From NCBI RefSeq assembly GCF_055900595.2, contig NZ_CM148325.1: a stretch of 64,000 bases of DNA. One strand, written 5' to 3'. Every line of letters starts with the position of its first letter. The first letter of the stretch is position 1. Shown one piece after another: positions 1 to 9,345 of the stretch. The notes beneath the pieces were generated by a model that worked only from the letters and a program-made list of their open reading frames with translations, had not been told where the DNA came from and ran no database searches. Made by a program: the position numbers and the translations under genes.

Positions 1-1203
1 GAATTTAACCGCCAGCTGTCGCTGACGGGGCATTATGCCGGAGTCACTGCCGGGCAGCTGTGGACGCTCAGTCGTGCTATTTCCGGGAATGGTATCACGC
101 AACATGCTGCAGCCGGTGCGCTGGCTCAGGTGGTGGGGAGTGGTGCATTTCGTGGAAACGATATCGGTATGGTGGCGAGAGCTGCCGCACAGATGGAGCG
201 ATCGGTTGGCCAGTCGGTCAGCGATACCATAAATCAGTTTAAGCGGCTGAAGGATGATCCTGTAAATGCCGCGAAGTCTCTGGACAATGAGCTGCATTTT
301 CTTACTGCCACTCAGCTTGAGCAGATACGCGTCCTTGGAGAGCAGGGGCGGTCCAGTGATGCGGCACGGATAGCCATGTCTGCACTGGCAGAGGAAACCG
401 GTCGGCGTACTGCGGATATTGATAATAACCTCAATGCGCTGGGCAGTACGCTGCAAACTTTGTCTGACTGGTGGAAGCAGTTCTGGGATGCGGCCATGAA
501 TATTGGTCGTGAAGATTCGCTGGATGCGCAGATTGCCACTTTGCAGGAGAAAGTGTCGCGGGCGAAAAGACTCCCCTGGACGGCATCATCTTCTCAGGTT
601 GAATACGATCAGCAGCGTCTTAACGATCTTCAGGAGAAAAAACGCCAGAAGGATTTGCAGGATGCAAAAGAGCAGGCAGAGCGGAATTATCAGGAGCAAC
701 AGAAACGCCGTAATGCTGAAAATGCTGCACTGAACCGGATGAATGAAACGGAAGCTGCACGACATCAGCGTGAAATTGCGCGTATTAATGCCATGCAGTA
801 CGCCGATCAGGCTGTCAGGGATGCGGCGATACAACGTGAAAATGAACGTTACGAGAAAGCCCTGGCATCCGGTAAGAAAAAAACACGCGAAACCCGTAAT
901 GATGAGGCCACCCGGTTATTGCTGCAGTACAGTCAGCAACAGGCACAGGTGGAAGGACAGATTGCTGCTGCCAGACAGTCAGCAGGCATTGCCACGGAAA
1001 GGATGACAGAAGCGCATAAACAGCTCCTGGCTCTGCAGCAGCGCATCAGCGACCTGGACGGGAAAAAACTGACGGCAGATGAAAAGAGTGTGCTGGCCCG
1101 TAAAGATGAACTGATTCAGGCACTGACGCTGCTGGATGTAAAACAGCAGGAGCTTCAGAAACAGACGGCACTCAACGAGCTGAAGAAAAAACAATTCAGC
1201 TGA
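1..1203 (+). CDS. phage tail tape measure protein (lambda gpH-like), 5' end outside window; reading frame ends at 1201-1203
   Basis: Frame 1 is open from base 1; translation is coiled-coil and Gln/Ala-rich like lambda H; gene order H-M-L-K-I-J follows. Confidence 0.8.
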   Translation, partial: EFNRQLSLTGHYAGVTAGQLWTLSRAISGNGITQHAAAGALAQVVGSGAFRGNDIGMVARAAAQMERSVGQSVSDTINQFKRLKDDPVNAAKSLDNELHFLTATQLEQIRVLGEQGRSSDAARIAMSALAEETGRRTADIDNNLNALGSTLQTLSDWWKQFWDAAMNIGREDSLDAQIATLQEKVSRAKRLPWTASSSQVEYDQQRLNDLQEKKRQKDLQDAKEQAERNYQEQQKRRNAENAALNRMNETEAARHQREIARINAMQYADQAVRDAAIQRENERYEKALASGKKKTRETRNDEATRLLLQYSQQQAQVEGQIAAARQSAGIATERMTEAHKQLLALQQRISDLDGKKLTADEKSVLARKDELIQALTLLDVKQQELQKQTALNELKKKQFS

Positions 1204-1265
1204 CCAGTCAACTGGCTGAAGAAGAGCGCGCTCAGCGTCAGCAACATGACCTGGATATCGCCACG

Positions 1266-2117
1266 GTGGGTATGGGTGATCAGCAGCGACAGCGATATCA
1301 GGTACAACTGAGTCTTCGCCAGAAATACCAGCAACAGCTGGAGCAGTTGAGGCGGGATAGTGAGCAGAAAGGGACATATAACACGGATGACTACAGAAAG
1401 GCCGAGCAGGCGCTGACGGAGAGCCTGAACCGACAACTGAATGAGAATCGCCGTTACTGGCAACAGCTTGAAGTTGTGCAGGGTAACTGGAAAAACGGAG
1501 TCCTGCGTGCATTTCAGGATTTTACCGTGGATGCAGATAATACGGCAGAAACAGCAGAACAGGTGTTCTCGTCAGCCTTCAGCAACATGGGAAATGGCCT
1601 GGCAACTTTTGTCACTACCGGCAAACTCAATTTCAAATCCTTCACCTCTTCTGTGCTGTCAGATATGGCGAAAATCCTGGCGCAGGCAACCATGATGAAA
1701 TCGATAAAAGGGATTGGCAGTGTACTGGGATTTGATCTCAGCAGCCTTTCCCTGAATGCCAATGGGGGGATTTATCAGTCTGCTGATTTGAGTCGTTACA
1801 GTGGCACGGTGGTTAACCGTCCGACGTTTTTTGCTTTTGCAAAAGGCGCGGGTGTGATGGGGGAAGCGGGACCTGAAGCCATTCTGCCATTGCGTCGTGG
1901 TGCTGACGGTAAGCTGGGGGTTGTGGCGGATATTGGGGGTTCAGGTATGGCGATGTTTTCCCCGCAGTACAACATCGAGATCAATAACGATGGCACGAAC
2001 GGGCAGATAGGTCCGGCTGCCCTGAAGGCGGTTTATGACCTCGGGAAAAAAGCGGCAGCGGACTTTATGCAACAGCAGGCCCGTGATGGTGGTCGGTTAA
2101 GTGGAGCATATCGGTAA
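1266..2117 (+). CDS. tape measure protein C-terminal portion (continuation of gpH in another frame)
   Basis: C-terminus INNDGTNGQIGPAALKAVYD...RDGG matches the lambda H C-terminus; frame is open from ~1110, overlapping the upstream segment, so one gene is split by a frameshift. Confidence 0.8.
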   Translation: MGMGDQQRQRYQVQLSLRQKYQQQLEQLRRDSEQKGTYNTDDYRKAEQALTESLNRQLNENRRYWQQLEVVQGNWKNGVLRAFQDFTVDADNTAETAEQVFSSAFSNMGNGLATFVTTGKLNFKSFTSSVLSDMAKILAQATMMKSIKGIGSVLGFDLSSLSLNANGGIYQSADLSRYSGTVVNRPTFFAFAKGAGVMGEAGPEAILPLRRGADGKLGVVADIGGSGMAMFSPQYNIEINNDGTNGQIGPAALKAVYDLGKKAAADFMQQQARDGGRLSGAYR

Positions 2118-2446
2118 TGGAGACGTTTCACTGGAAAGTGCGCCCGGATATGAATGTGGTATCAGAGCCGAAAGTGGTGACAGTGAAGCTGGGCGATGGT
2201 TATGAACAGCGTCGTGCGGCGGGACTGAATAACCAGTTGTCGACTTACAGCGTGACGATACGTGTTCGTAAATGTGAACACCCATCTTTAAAAGCCTTTC
2301 TGGAACGGCACGGTGGCGTCCGTGCATTTCAGTGGACGCCACCTTATGACTGGAAACCGATCAGGGTGGTTTGTCGTAAATGGTCGGCAAGCGTGGGGGC
2401 GCTGTGGGTAACCATAACGGCAGATTTTGAACAGGTCGTGGCATAG
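2117..2446 (+). CDS. M: phage minor tail protein M
   Basis: 109 aa, METFHWKVRPDMNVVSEP..., same length and sequence pattern as lambda gpM; start overlaps H stop. Confidence 0.9.
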   Translation: METFHWKVRPDMNVVSEPKVVTVKLGDGYEQRRAAGLNNQLSTYSVTIRVRKCEHPSLKAFLERHGGVRAFQWTPPYDWKPIRVVCRKWSASVGALWVTITADFEQVVA

Positions 2447-2455
2447 GAGGCTCTG

Positions 2456-3154
2456 ATGCAGGATATTCCACAGGAAACACATCATGAGACGACACGCCTC
2501 ACTCAGTCAGCCCAGGTGGTGCTCTGGGAAATCGATCTGACAGAGGTCGGTGGTGAACGTTATTTTTTCTGTAATGAGCAGAACGAAAAAGGTGAGCCGG
2601 TTACCTGGCAGGGGCGGCAGTATCAGGCATACCCCATTCAGGGGACGGGATTTGAACTGAACGGCAAGGGCAGTGCTGCCCGTCCGACACTGACGGTTTC
2701 TAACCTGCACGGAATGGTCACCGGGATGGCGGAAGACCTGCAGAGTCTGGTCGGCGGAACGGTGGTCAGGCGTAAGGTTTACGCCCGTTTTCTGGATGCG
2801 GTGAACTTCGTCAACGGAAACAGTGACGCCGATCCGGAGCAGGAGGTGATCAGCCGCTGGCGCATCGAGCAGTGCAGCGAACTGAGCGCGGTCAGTGCCT
2901 CTTTTGTACTGTCCACGCCGACGGAAACGGACGGTGCTGTTTTTCCGGGACGTATTATGCTGGCCAACACCTGCACCTGGACCTATCGCGGCGATGAGTG
3001 CGGTTATAGCGGTCCGGCGGTCGCGGATGAATATGATCAGCCGACGTCCGATATCACGAAGGATAAATGCAGCAAATGCCTGAGCGGCTGTAAGTTCCGC
3101 AATAACGTCGGCAACTTTGGCGGTTTTCTTTCCATTCACAAACTTTCGCAGTAA
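2456..3154 (+). CDS. L: phage minor tail protein L
   Basis: 232 aa, MQDIPQETHHETTRLTQS..., lambda gpL-like with C-terminal Cys cluster. Confidence 0.9.
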   Translation: MQDIPQETHHETTRLTQSAQVVLWEIDLTEVGGERYFFCNEQNEKGEPVTWQGRQYQAYPIQGTGFELNGKGSAARPTLTVSNLHGMVTGMAEDLQSLVGGTVVRRKVYARFLDAVNFVNGNSDADPEQEVISRWRIEQCSELSAVSASFVLSTPTETDGAVFPGRIMLANTCTWTYRGDECGYSGPAVADEYDQPTSDITKDKCSKCLSGCKFRNNVGNFGGFLSIHKLSQ

Positions 3155-3158
3155 TTCC

Positions 3159-3902
3159 ATGACAGAGACAGAATCAGCGATTCTGGCGCACGCCCGGCGA
3201 TGTGCGCCAGCGGAGTCGTGCGGCTTCGTGGTGAGAGCGCCGGAGGGGGAAAGATATTTCCCCTGCGTGAATATCTCCGGTGAGCCGGAGGCGTATTTCC
3301 GGATGTCGCCGGAGGACTGGCTGCAGGCAGAGATGCAGGGTGAGATTGTGGCACTGGTCCACAGTCACCCCGGTGGTCTGCCCTGGCTGAGTGAGGCCGA
3401 CCGGCGGCTGCAGGTGCAGAGTGATTTGCCGTGGTGGCTGGTTTGCCGGGGAGCGATTCACAAGTTCCGCTGTGTGCCACATCTTTCCGGGCGGCGCTTT
3501 GAGCACGGGGTGACGGACTGTTACACGCTGTTCCGGGATGCTTACCATCTGGCGGGGATTGAGATGCCGGATTTTCATCGCGAGGATGACTGGTGGCGTA
3601 ACGGTCAGAATCTCTATCTGGATAATCTGGAGGCCACAGGGCTGTATCAGGTGCCGTTGTCAGCGGCGCAGCCGGGCGATGTGCTGCTGTGCTGTTTTGG
3701 TTCATCGGTGCCGAATCATGCCGCCATTTACTGTGGTGACAGCGAGCTGCTGCACCATATTCCTGAACAACTGAGCAAACGAGAGAGGTACACCGACAAA
3801 TGGCAGCGACGCACACACTCCCTCTGGCGTCACCGGGCATGGCACGCATCTGCCTTTACGGGGATTTACAACGATTTGGCCGCCGCATCGACCTTCGAGT
3901 GA
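3159..3902 (+). CDS. K: phage tail tip assembly protein K (MPN/JAMM plus NlpC/P60 domains)
   Basis: HSHPGG JAMM motif and DCYTLF catalytic Cys region; lambda gpK-like. Lambda K is annotated from the internal Met (here 3303); 3' end overlaps I as in lambda. Confidence 0.85.
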   Translation: MTETESAILAHARRCAPAESCGFVVRAPEGERYFPCVNISGEPEAYFRMSPEDWLQAEMQGEIVALVHSHPGGLPWLSEADRRLQVQSDLPWWLVCRGAIHKFRCVPHLSGRRFEHGVTDCYTLFRDAYHLAGIEMPDFHREDDWWRNGQNLYLDNLEATGLYQVPLSAAQPGDVLLCCFGSSVPNHAAIYCGDSELLHHIPEQLSKRERYTDKWQRRTHSLWRHRAWHASAFTGIYNDLAAASTFE

Positions 3903-4447
3903 AAACGGGGTCCGAAGCCATCCGGGCGCTGGCCATGCAGATCCCGGCGTTTCGTCAGAAACTGAGCGACGGCTGGTACCAGGTACGCATTGCCGGGCGT
4001 GATGCCGGTGAAACCGAATTGTCTGCCCGTCTTAATGAGCCGCTGGCAAATGGTGCCGTGATCCACATCGTGCCGCGTCTGGCGGGAGCTAAAAGTGGCG
4101 GTGTGTTTCAGGTGGTGCTGGGGGCGGCGCTGATTGCGGTGGCATGGTGGAACCCTGTGGGCTGGCTGGGAGCCGCGGCTGTATCGGGTATGTATGCGGC
4201 AGGGGCCAGTATGATCCTGGGCGGAGTGGCGCAGATGCTGGCACCGAAAGCCAGGACGCCCACGGCAGCAAGTACAGATAACGGCAAACAGAACACCTAT
4301 TTCTCCTCACTGGATAACATGGTTGCCCAGGGCAATGTTCTGCCCGTTCTGTACGGTGAAATGCGCGTGGGGTCGCGGGTGGTCTCTCAGGAGATCAGCA
4401 CGGCAGACGAAGGGGATGGTGGTCAGGTTGTGGTGATTGGTCGCTGA
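3800..4447 (+). CDS. I: phage tail assembly protein I
   Basis: MAATHTLPLASPGMARICLYGDLQRFGRRIDLRV... near-identical to the lambda gpI N- and C-termini. Confidence 0.9.
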   Translation: MAATHTLPLASPGMARICLYGDLQRFGRRIDLRVKTGSEAIRALAMQIPAFRQKLSDGWYQVRIAGRDAGETELSARLNEPLANGAVIHIVPRLAGAKSGGVFQVVLGAALIAVAWWNPVGWLGAAAVSGMYAAGASMILGGVAQMLAPKARTPTAASTDNGKQNTYFSSLDNMVAQGNVLPVLYGEMRVGSRVVSQEISTADEGDGGQVVVIGR

Positions 4448-4507
4448 TGAAAAACGTTTTATGTGAAACCGCCTCCGGGCGGTTTTGTCGTTTATGGAGC
4501 GTTAGGA

Positions 4508-7500
4508 ATGGGTAAAGGCAGCAGTAAGGGGCATACTCCGCGCGAAGCGAAGGACAACCTGAAGTCCACGCAGTTGCTGAGTGTGATCGATGCCATCAGC
4601 GAAGGGCCGGTTGAAGGTCCGGTAGATGGATTAAAAAGCGTGCTGCTGAACAGTACGCCAGTGCTGGACATTGAGGGGAATACCAACATCTCCGGCGTCA
4701 CGGTGGTGTTCCGGGCCGGTGAGCAGGAGCAAACACCGCCGGAGGGATTTGAATCCTCCGGCTCCGAGACGGTGCTGGGTACGGAAGTGAAATACGACAC
4801 GCCGATCACCCGGACCATCACGTCGGCAAACATTGACCGACTGCGTTTTACCTTCGGCGTGCAGGCACTGGTGGAAACCACCTCAAAGGGGGACAGGAAT
4901 CCGTCGGAAGTCCGCCTGCTGGTTCAGATACAACGTAACGGTGGCTGGGTGACGGAAAAAGACATCACCATTAAAGGCAAAACCACCTCACAGTATCTGG
5001 CCTCGGTGGTGGTGGGTAACCTGCCGCCGCGCCCGTTCAATATCCGGATGCGCAGGATGACGCCGGACAGCACCACAGACCAACTGCAGAACAAAACGCT
5101 CTGGTCGTCATACACCGAAATCATCGATGTGAAACAGTGCTACCCGAACACGGCACTGGTTGGCGTGCAGGTGGACTCGGAGCAGTTCGGCAGCCAGCAG
5201 GTGAGCCGTAATTATCATCTTCGCGGGCGCATTCTGCAGGTGCCGTCGAACTATAACCCGCAGACGCGGCAATACAGCGGTATCTGGGACGGAACGTTAA
5301 AACCGGCATACAGCAACAACATGGCCTGGTGTCTGTGGGATATGCTGACCCACCCGCGCTACGGCATGGGGAAACGTCTTGGTGCGGCAGATGTGGATAA
5401 ATGGGCGCTGTATGTCATCGGCCAGAATTGCGACCAGTCGGTGCCGGACGGCTTTGGCGGTACGGAGCCGCGCATCACCTGTAACGCTTACCTGACCACA
5501 CAACGTAAGGCGTGGGATGTGCTCAGTGATTTCTGCTCGGCGATGCGCTGTATGCCGGTATGGAGCGGGCAGACGCTGACGTTCGTGCAGGACCGACCGT
5601 CGGATAAGGTGTGGACCTATAACCGCAGTAATGTGGTGATGCCGGATGATGGCGCGCCGTTCCGCTACAGCTTCAGCGCCCTGAAAGACCGCCATAATGC
5701 CGTTGAGGTGAACTGGATTGACCCGGATAACGGCTGGGAGACGGCAACAGAGCTTGTGGAGGACTCGCAGGCCATTGCCCGTTACGGTCGTAACGTCACG
5801 AAGATGGATGCCTTTGGCTGTACCAGCCGGGGGCAGGCACACCGCGCCGGGCTGTGGCTGATTAAAACGGAGCTGCTGGAAACGCAGACGGTGGACTTCA
5901 GCGTGGGTGCCGAAGGGCTTCGCCATGTGCCGGGCGATGTTATTGAAATCTGCGATGATGACTATGCCGGTATCAGCATCGGTGGTCGCGTGCTGGCGGT
6001 GAACAGCCAGACCCGGACGCTGACGCTCGACCGTGAAATCACGCTGCCATCCTCCGGCACCACGCTGATAAGCCTGGTTGACGGTGAGGGTAATCCGGTC
6101 AGCGTGGAGGTCCAGTCCGTCACCGACGGCGTGAAGGTGAAAGTGAGCCGTGTTCCTGACGGCGTTGCTGAATACAGCGTGTGGGGGCTGAAGTTGCCGA
6201 CGTTGCGCCAGCGCCTGTTCCGCTGCGTGAGTATCCGTGAGAACGACGACGGCACGTATGCCATCACTGCCGTGCAGCATGTACCGGAGAAAGAGGCCAT
6301 CGTGGATAACGGGGCGCACTTTGACGGTGACCAGAGCGGCACGGTGAATGGTGTCACGCCGCCAGCAGTGCAGCACCTGACCGCAGAAGTCACTGCAGAC
6401 AGCGGGGAATATCAGGTGCTGGCGCGATGGGACACACCGAAGGTGGTGAAGGGCGTGAGCTTCCTGCTTCGCCTGACCGTGGCAGCGGATGACGGCAGTG
6501 AGCGGCTGGTCAGCACGGCCCGGACGACGGAAACCACTTACCGCTTCACACAACTGGCTCTGGGGAACTACAGGCTGACAGTCCGGGCAGTAAATGCGTG
6601 GGGGCAGCAGGGCGATCCGGCGTCGGTATCGTTCCGGATTGCCGCACCGGCAGCGCCGTCGCGGATTGAGCTGACGCCGGGCTATTTTCAGATAACCGCC
6701 ACGCCGCATCTTGCGGTTTATGATCCGACGGTACAGTTTGAGGTCTGGTTCTCGGAAAAACGGATTGCTGATATCAGGCAGGTTGAAACCAGCGCGCGTT
6801 ATCTTGGTACGGCGCTGTACTGGATAGCCGCCAGTATCAATATCAAACCGGGTCGTGATTATTACTTTTATATCCGCAGTGTGAACACCGTCGGCAAATC
6901 GGCATTCGTGGAGGCTGTTGGTCGGGCGAGCGATGATGCGGAAGGTTACCTGGATTTTTTCAAAGGCCAGATAACCGAATCCCATCTCGGCAAGGAGCTG
7001 CTGGAAAAAGTCGAGCTGACGGAGGATAACGCCAGCAGACTGGAGGAGTTTTCGAAAGAGTGGAAGGACGCCAGTGATAAGTGGAATGCCATGTGGGGCG
7101 TCAAAATTGAGCAGACCAAAGACGGCAAACATTATGTCGCGGGTATTGGCCTCAGTATGGAGGATACAGAGGAAGGCAAACTGAGTCAGTTTCTGGTTGC
7201 CGCCAATCGTATCGCGTTTATTGACCCGGCAAACGGGAATGAAACGCCGATGTTTGTGGCGCAGGGCAACCAGATATTCATGAACGACGTGTTCCTGAAA
7301 CGCCTGACGGCCCCCACCATTACCAGCGGCGGTAATCCTCCGGCATTTTCCCTGACACCGGATGGGCGGCTGACGGCGAAAAATGCCGATATCAGCGGTA
7401 ACGTGAATGCGAACTCCGGGACGCTCAACAACGTCACGATTAACGAGAACTGTCGGGTTCTGGGAAAACTGTCCGCGAACCAGATTGAAGGCGATCTCGT

Positions 7501-7903
7501 TAAAACAGTGGGCAAAGCTTTCCCCCGGGACTCCCGTGCACCGGAGCGGTGGCCATCAGGGACCATTACCGTCAGGGTTTATGACGATCAGCCGTTTGAC
7601 CGGCAGATTGTTATTCCGGCGGTGGCATTCAGCGGCGCTAAACATGAGAGAGAGCATACTGATATTTACTCCTCATGCCGTCTGATAGTGCGGAAAAACG
7701 GTGCTGAAATTTATAACCGTACCGCGCTGGATAATACGCTGATTTACAGTGGCGTTATTGATATGCCTGCCGGTCACGGTCACATGACGCTGGAGTTTTC
7801 GGTGTCAGCATGGCTGGTAAATGACTGGTATCCCACAGCAAGTATCAGCGATTTGCTGGTTGTGGTGATGAAGAAAGCCACCGCAGGCATCAGTATCAGC
7901 TGA
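4508..7903 (+). CDS. J: phage tail tip host-specificity protein J
   Basis: 1131 aa starting [24 protein letters not shown], collinear with lambda gpJ throughout; the ORF track start at 4463 is an upstream extension. Confidence 0.95.
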   Translation: MGKGSSKGHTPREAKDNLKSTQLLSVIDAISEGPVEGPVDGLKSVLLNSTPVLDIEGNTNISGVTVVFRAGEQEQTPPEGFESSGSETVLGTEVKYDTPITRTITSANIDRLRFTFGVQALVETTSKGDRNPSEVRLLVQIQRNGGWVTEKDITIKGKTTSQYLASVVVGNLPPRPFNIRMRRMTPDSTTDQLQNKTLWSSYTEIIDVKQCYPNTALVGVQVDSEQFGSQQVSRNYHLRGRILQVPSNYNPQTRQYSGIWDGTLKPAYSNNMAWCLWDMLTHPRYGMGKRLGAADVDKWALYVIGQNCDQSVPDGFGGTEPRITCNAYLTTQRKAWDVLSDFCSAMRCMPVWSGQTLTFVQDRPSDKVWTYNRSNVVMPDDGAPFRYSFSALKDRHNAVEVNWIDPDNGWETATELVEDSQAIARYGRNVTKMDAFGCTSRGQAHRAGLWLIKTELLETQTVDFSVGAEGLRHVPGDVIEICDDDYAGISIGGRVLAVNSQTRTLTLDREITLPSSGTTLISLVDGEGNPVSVEVQSVTDGVKVKVSRVPDGVAEYSVWGLKLPTLRQRLFRCVSIRENDDGTYAITAVQHVPEKEAIVDNGAHFDGDQSGTVNGVTPPAVQHLTAEVTADSGEYQVLARWDTPKVVKGVSFLLRLTVAADDGSERLVSTARTTETTYRFTQLALGNYRLTVRAVNAWGQQGDPASVSFRIAAPAAPSRIELTPGYFQITATPHLAVYDPTVQFEVWFSEKRIADIRQVETSARYLGTALYWIAASINIKPGRDYYFYIRSVNTVGKSAFVEAVGRASDDAEGYLDFFKGQITESHLGKELLEKVELTEDNASRLEEFSKEWKDASDKWNAMWGVKIEQTKDGKHYVAGIGLSMEDTEEGKLSQFLVAANRIAFIDPANGNETPMFVAQGNQIFMNDVFLKRLTAPTITSGGNPPAFSLTPDGRLTAKNADISGNVNANSGTLNNVTINENCRVLGKLSANQIEGDLVKTVGKAFPRDSRAPERWPSGTITVRVYDDQPFDRQIVIPAVAFSGAKHEREHTDIYSSCRLIVRKNGAEIYNRTALDNTLIYSGVIDMPAGHGHMTLEFSVSAWLVNDWYPTASISDLLVVVMKKATAGISIS

Positions 7904-7921
7904 ATTTTATAACCCATATAC

Positions 7922-7946
7922 GGGCGCCAGAAATGGCGCCTTTTTT
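7922..7946 (+). terminator. rho-independent terminator after J
   Basis: GGCGCC-agaaat-GGCGCC stem followed by TTTTTT. Confidence 0.7.
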
Positions 7947-7970
7947 ATTGCAGAAAAGCGAGAGGTAATT

Positions 7971-8570
7971 ATGCGTAAAGTTTGTGCAGCCATTTTGTCC
8001 GCAGCCATCTGTCTGTCCGTATCCGGTGCGCCTGCATGGGCATCTGAACATCAGTCCACGCTGAGCGCGGGGTATCTTCATGCCTCGACGAACGTTCCCG
8101 GCAGCGATGATCTTAACGGGATTAACATGAAATACCGTTATGAGTTTACGGACACACTGGGGCTGGTGACGTCATTCAGCTATGCAGGAGACAAGAATCG
8201 CCAGCTTACCCGTTACAGCAATACCCGCTGGCATGAAGATTCCGTGCGTAACCGCTGGTTCAGCGTGATGGTGGGGCCGTCTGTGCGCGTGAATGAATGG
8301 TTCAGCGCGTATGCGATGGCGGGTATGGCTTACAGCCGTGTGTCGACTTTTTCCGGGGATTATCTCCGCGTAACTGACAATAAGGGGAAAACGCACGATG
8401 TGCTGACCGGAAGTGATGACGGTCGCCACAGCAACACGTCTCTGGCGTGGGGAGCTGGCGTGCAGTTTAACCCGACCGAATCCGTGGCCATTGATATTGC
8501 TTATGAAGGCTCCGGCAGTGGTGACTGGCGCACTGACGGTTTCATCGTGGGTGTCGGTTATAAATTCTGA
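7971..8570 (+). CDS. lom: outer membrane protein Lom (Ail/Lom family, prophage-encoded)
   Basis: 199 aa with signal peptide [24 protein letters not shown] and beta-barrel pattern ending ...GVGYKF, as in lambda Lom. Confidence 0.9.
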
Positions 8571-8597
8571 TTAGCCAGGTAACACAGTGTTATGACA

Positions 8598-8622
8598 GCC
8601 CGCCGGTTCAGGCGGGCTTTTT
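8598..8622 (+). terminator. rho-independent terminator after lom
   Basis: GCCCGCC-ggttca-GGCGGGC stem followed by TTTTT. Confidence 0.75.
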
Positions 8623-9330
8623 GTGCACAGAAAACCCCCAGCTAGGCTGGGGGTTCCGGAAAGCTTTCAGCTTTGAGCCAGTTATTAAAACCCCTTTTGA
8701 TTTGTTAAAACACCTTGCGGTCTGGCAACTGCAAGTGTCAAACAAGAAATCAAAAGGGGGTCCCAATGGGGGACGAAAAGAGCTTAGCGCACACCCGCTG
8801 GAACTGTAAATATCACATAGTTTTTGCGCCGAAATACCGAAGACTGGCGTTTTACGGAGAGAAGCGTAGGGCGATAGGCAGTATTTTGAGAAAGCTGTGT
8901 GAGTGGAAAAGCGTACGGATTCTGGAAGCAGAGTGCTGCGCAGATCATATCCATATGCTTGTGGAAATCCCACCCAAAATGAGCGTATCCGGCTTTATGG
9001 GATATCTGAAAGGGAAAAGCAGTCTGATGCTTTACGAGCAGTTTGGGGATTTGAAATTCAAATACAGAAACAGGGAGTTCTGGTGCCGAGGGTACTATGT
9101 CGATACGGTGGGTAAGAACACGGCGAAGATACAGGACTACATAAAGCACCAGCTTGAAGAGGATAAAATGGGGGAGCAGTTATCGATTCCATATCCGGGC
9201 AGCCCGTTTACGGGCCGTAAGTAACGAAGTTGAATGCAAATGTCAGATCGTATGCGCCTGTTAGGGCGCGGCTGGTAACAGAGCCTTACAGGCGCATTTG
9301 AAAAACCTCCGGCTATGCCGGAGGATATTT
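8623..9330 (+). mobile_element. IS200 insertion sequence (IS200/IS605 family); ends approximate
   Basis: Contains a tnpA matching IS200 Y1 transposase; left-end hairpin CCCCCAGC-tagg-CTGGGGG upstream of tnpA; ~0.7 kb, the expected IS200 size. Confidence 0.8.
8766..9224 (+). CDS. tnpA: IS200 transposase TnpA (HUH/Y1)
   Basis: 152 aa MGDEKSLAHTRWNCKYHIVFAPKYRR...HIHMLVEIPPK, the HUH motif and IS200 TnpA signature. Confidence 0.95.
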   Translation: MGDEKSLAHTRWNCKYHIVFAPKYRRLAFYGEKRRAIGSILRKLCEWKSVRILEAECCADHIHMLVEIPPKMSVSGFMGYLKGKSSLMLYEQFGDLKFKYRNREFWCRGYYVDTVGKNTAKIQDYIKHQLEEDKMGEQLSIPYPGSPFTGRK

Positions 9331-9345
9331 ATTTGTGGAGTGGAT

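Noticed and set aside
2507-3849. Minus-strand ORFs of 217, 237 and 134 aa overlapping L and K
   Set aside because: Antisense to strongly supported lambda-like tail genes; biased low-complexity composition.
3303-3902. Shorter K start at the internal Met (lambda-style 199-aa annotation)
   Set aside because: The upstream 48 codons are in frame, begin 4 bp after the L stop and look conserved in the domain, so the longer ORF is preferred; the alternative start is not excluded.
5297-7132. 611-aa ORF on the minus strand inside gene J
   Set aside because: Antisense to the well-supported J gene; Arg/Pro/His-rich low-complexity product typical of GC-rich antisense frames; no RBS context.
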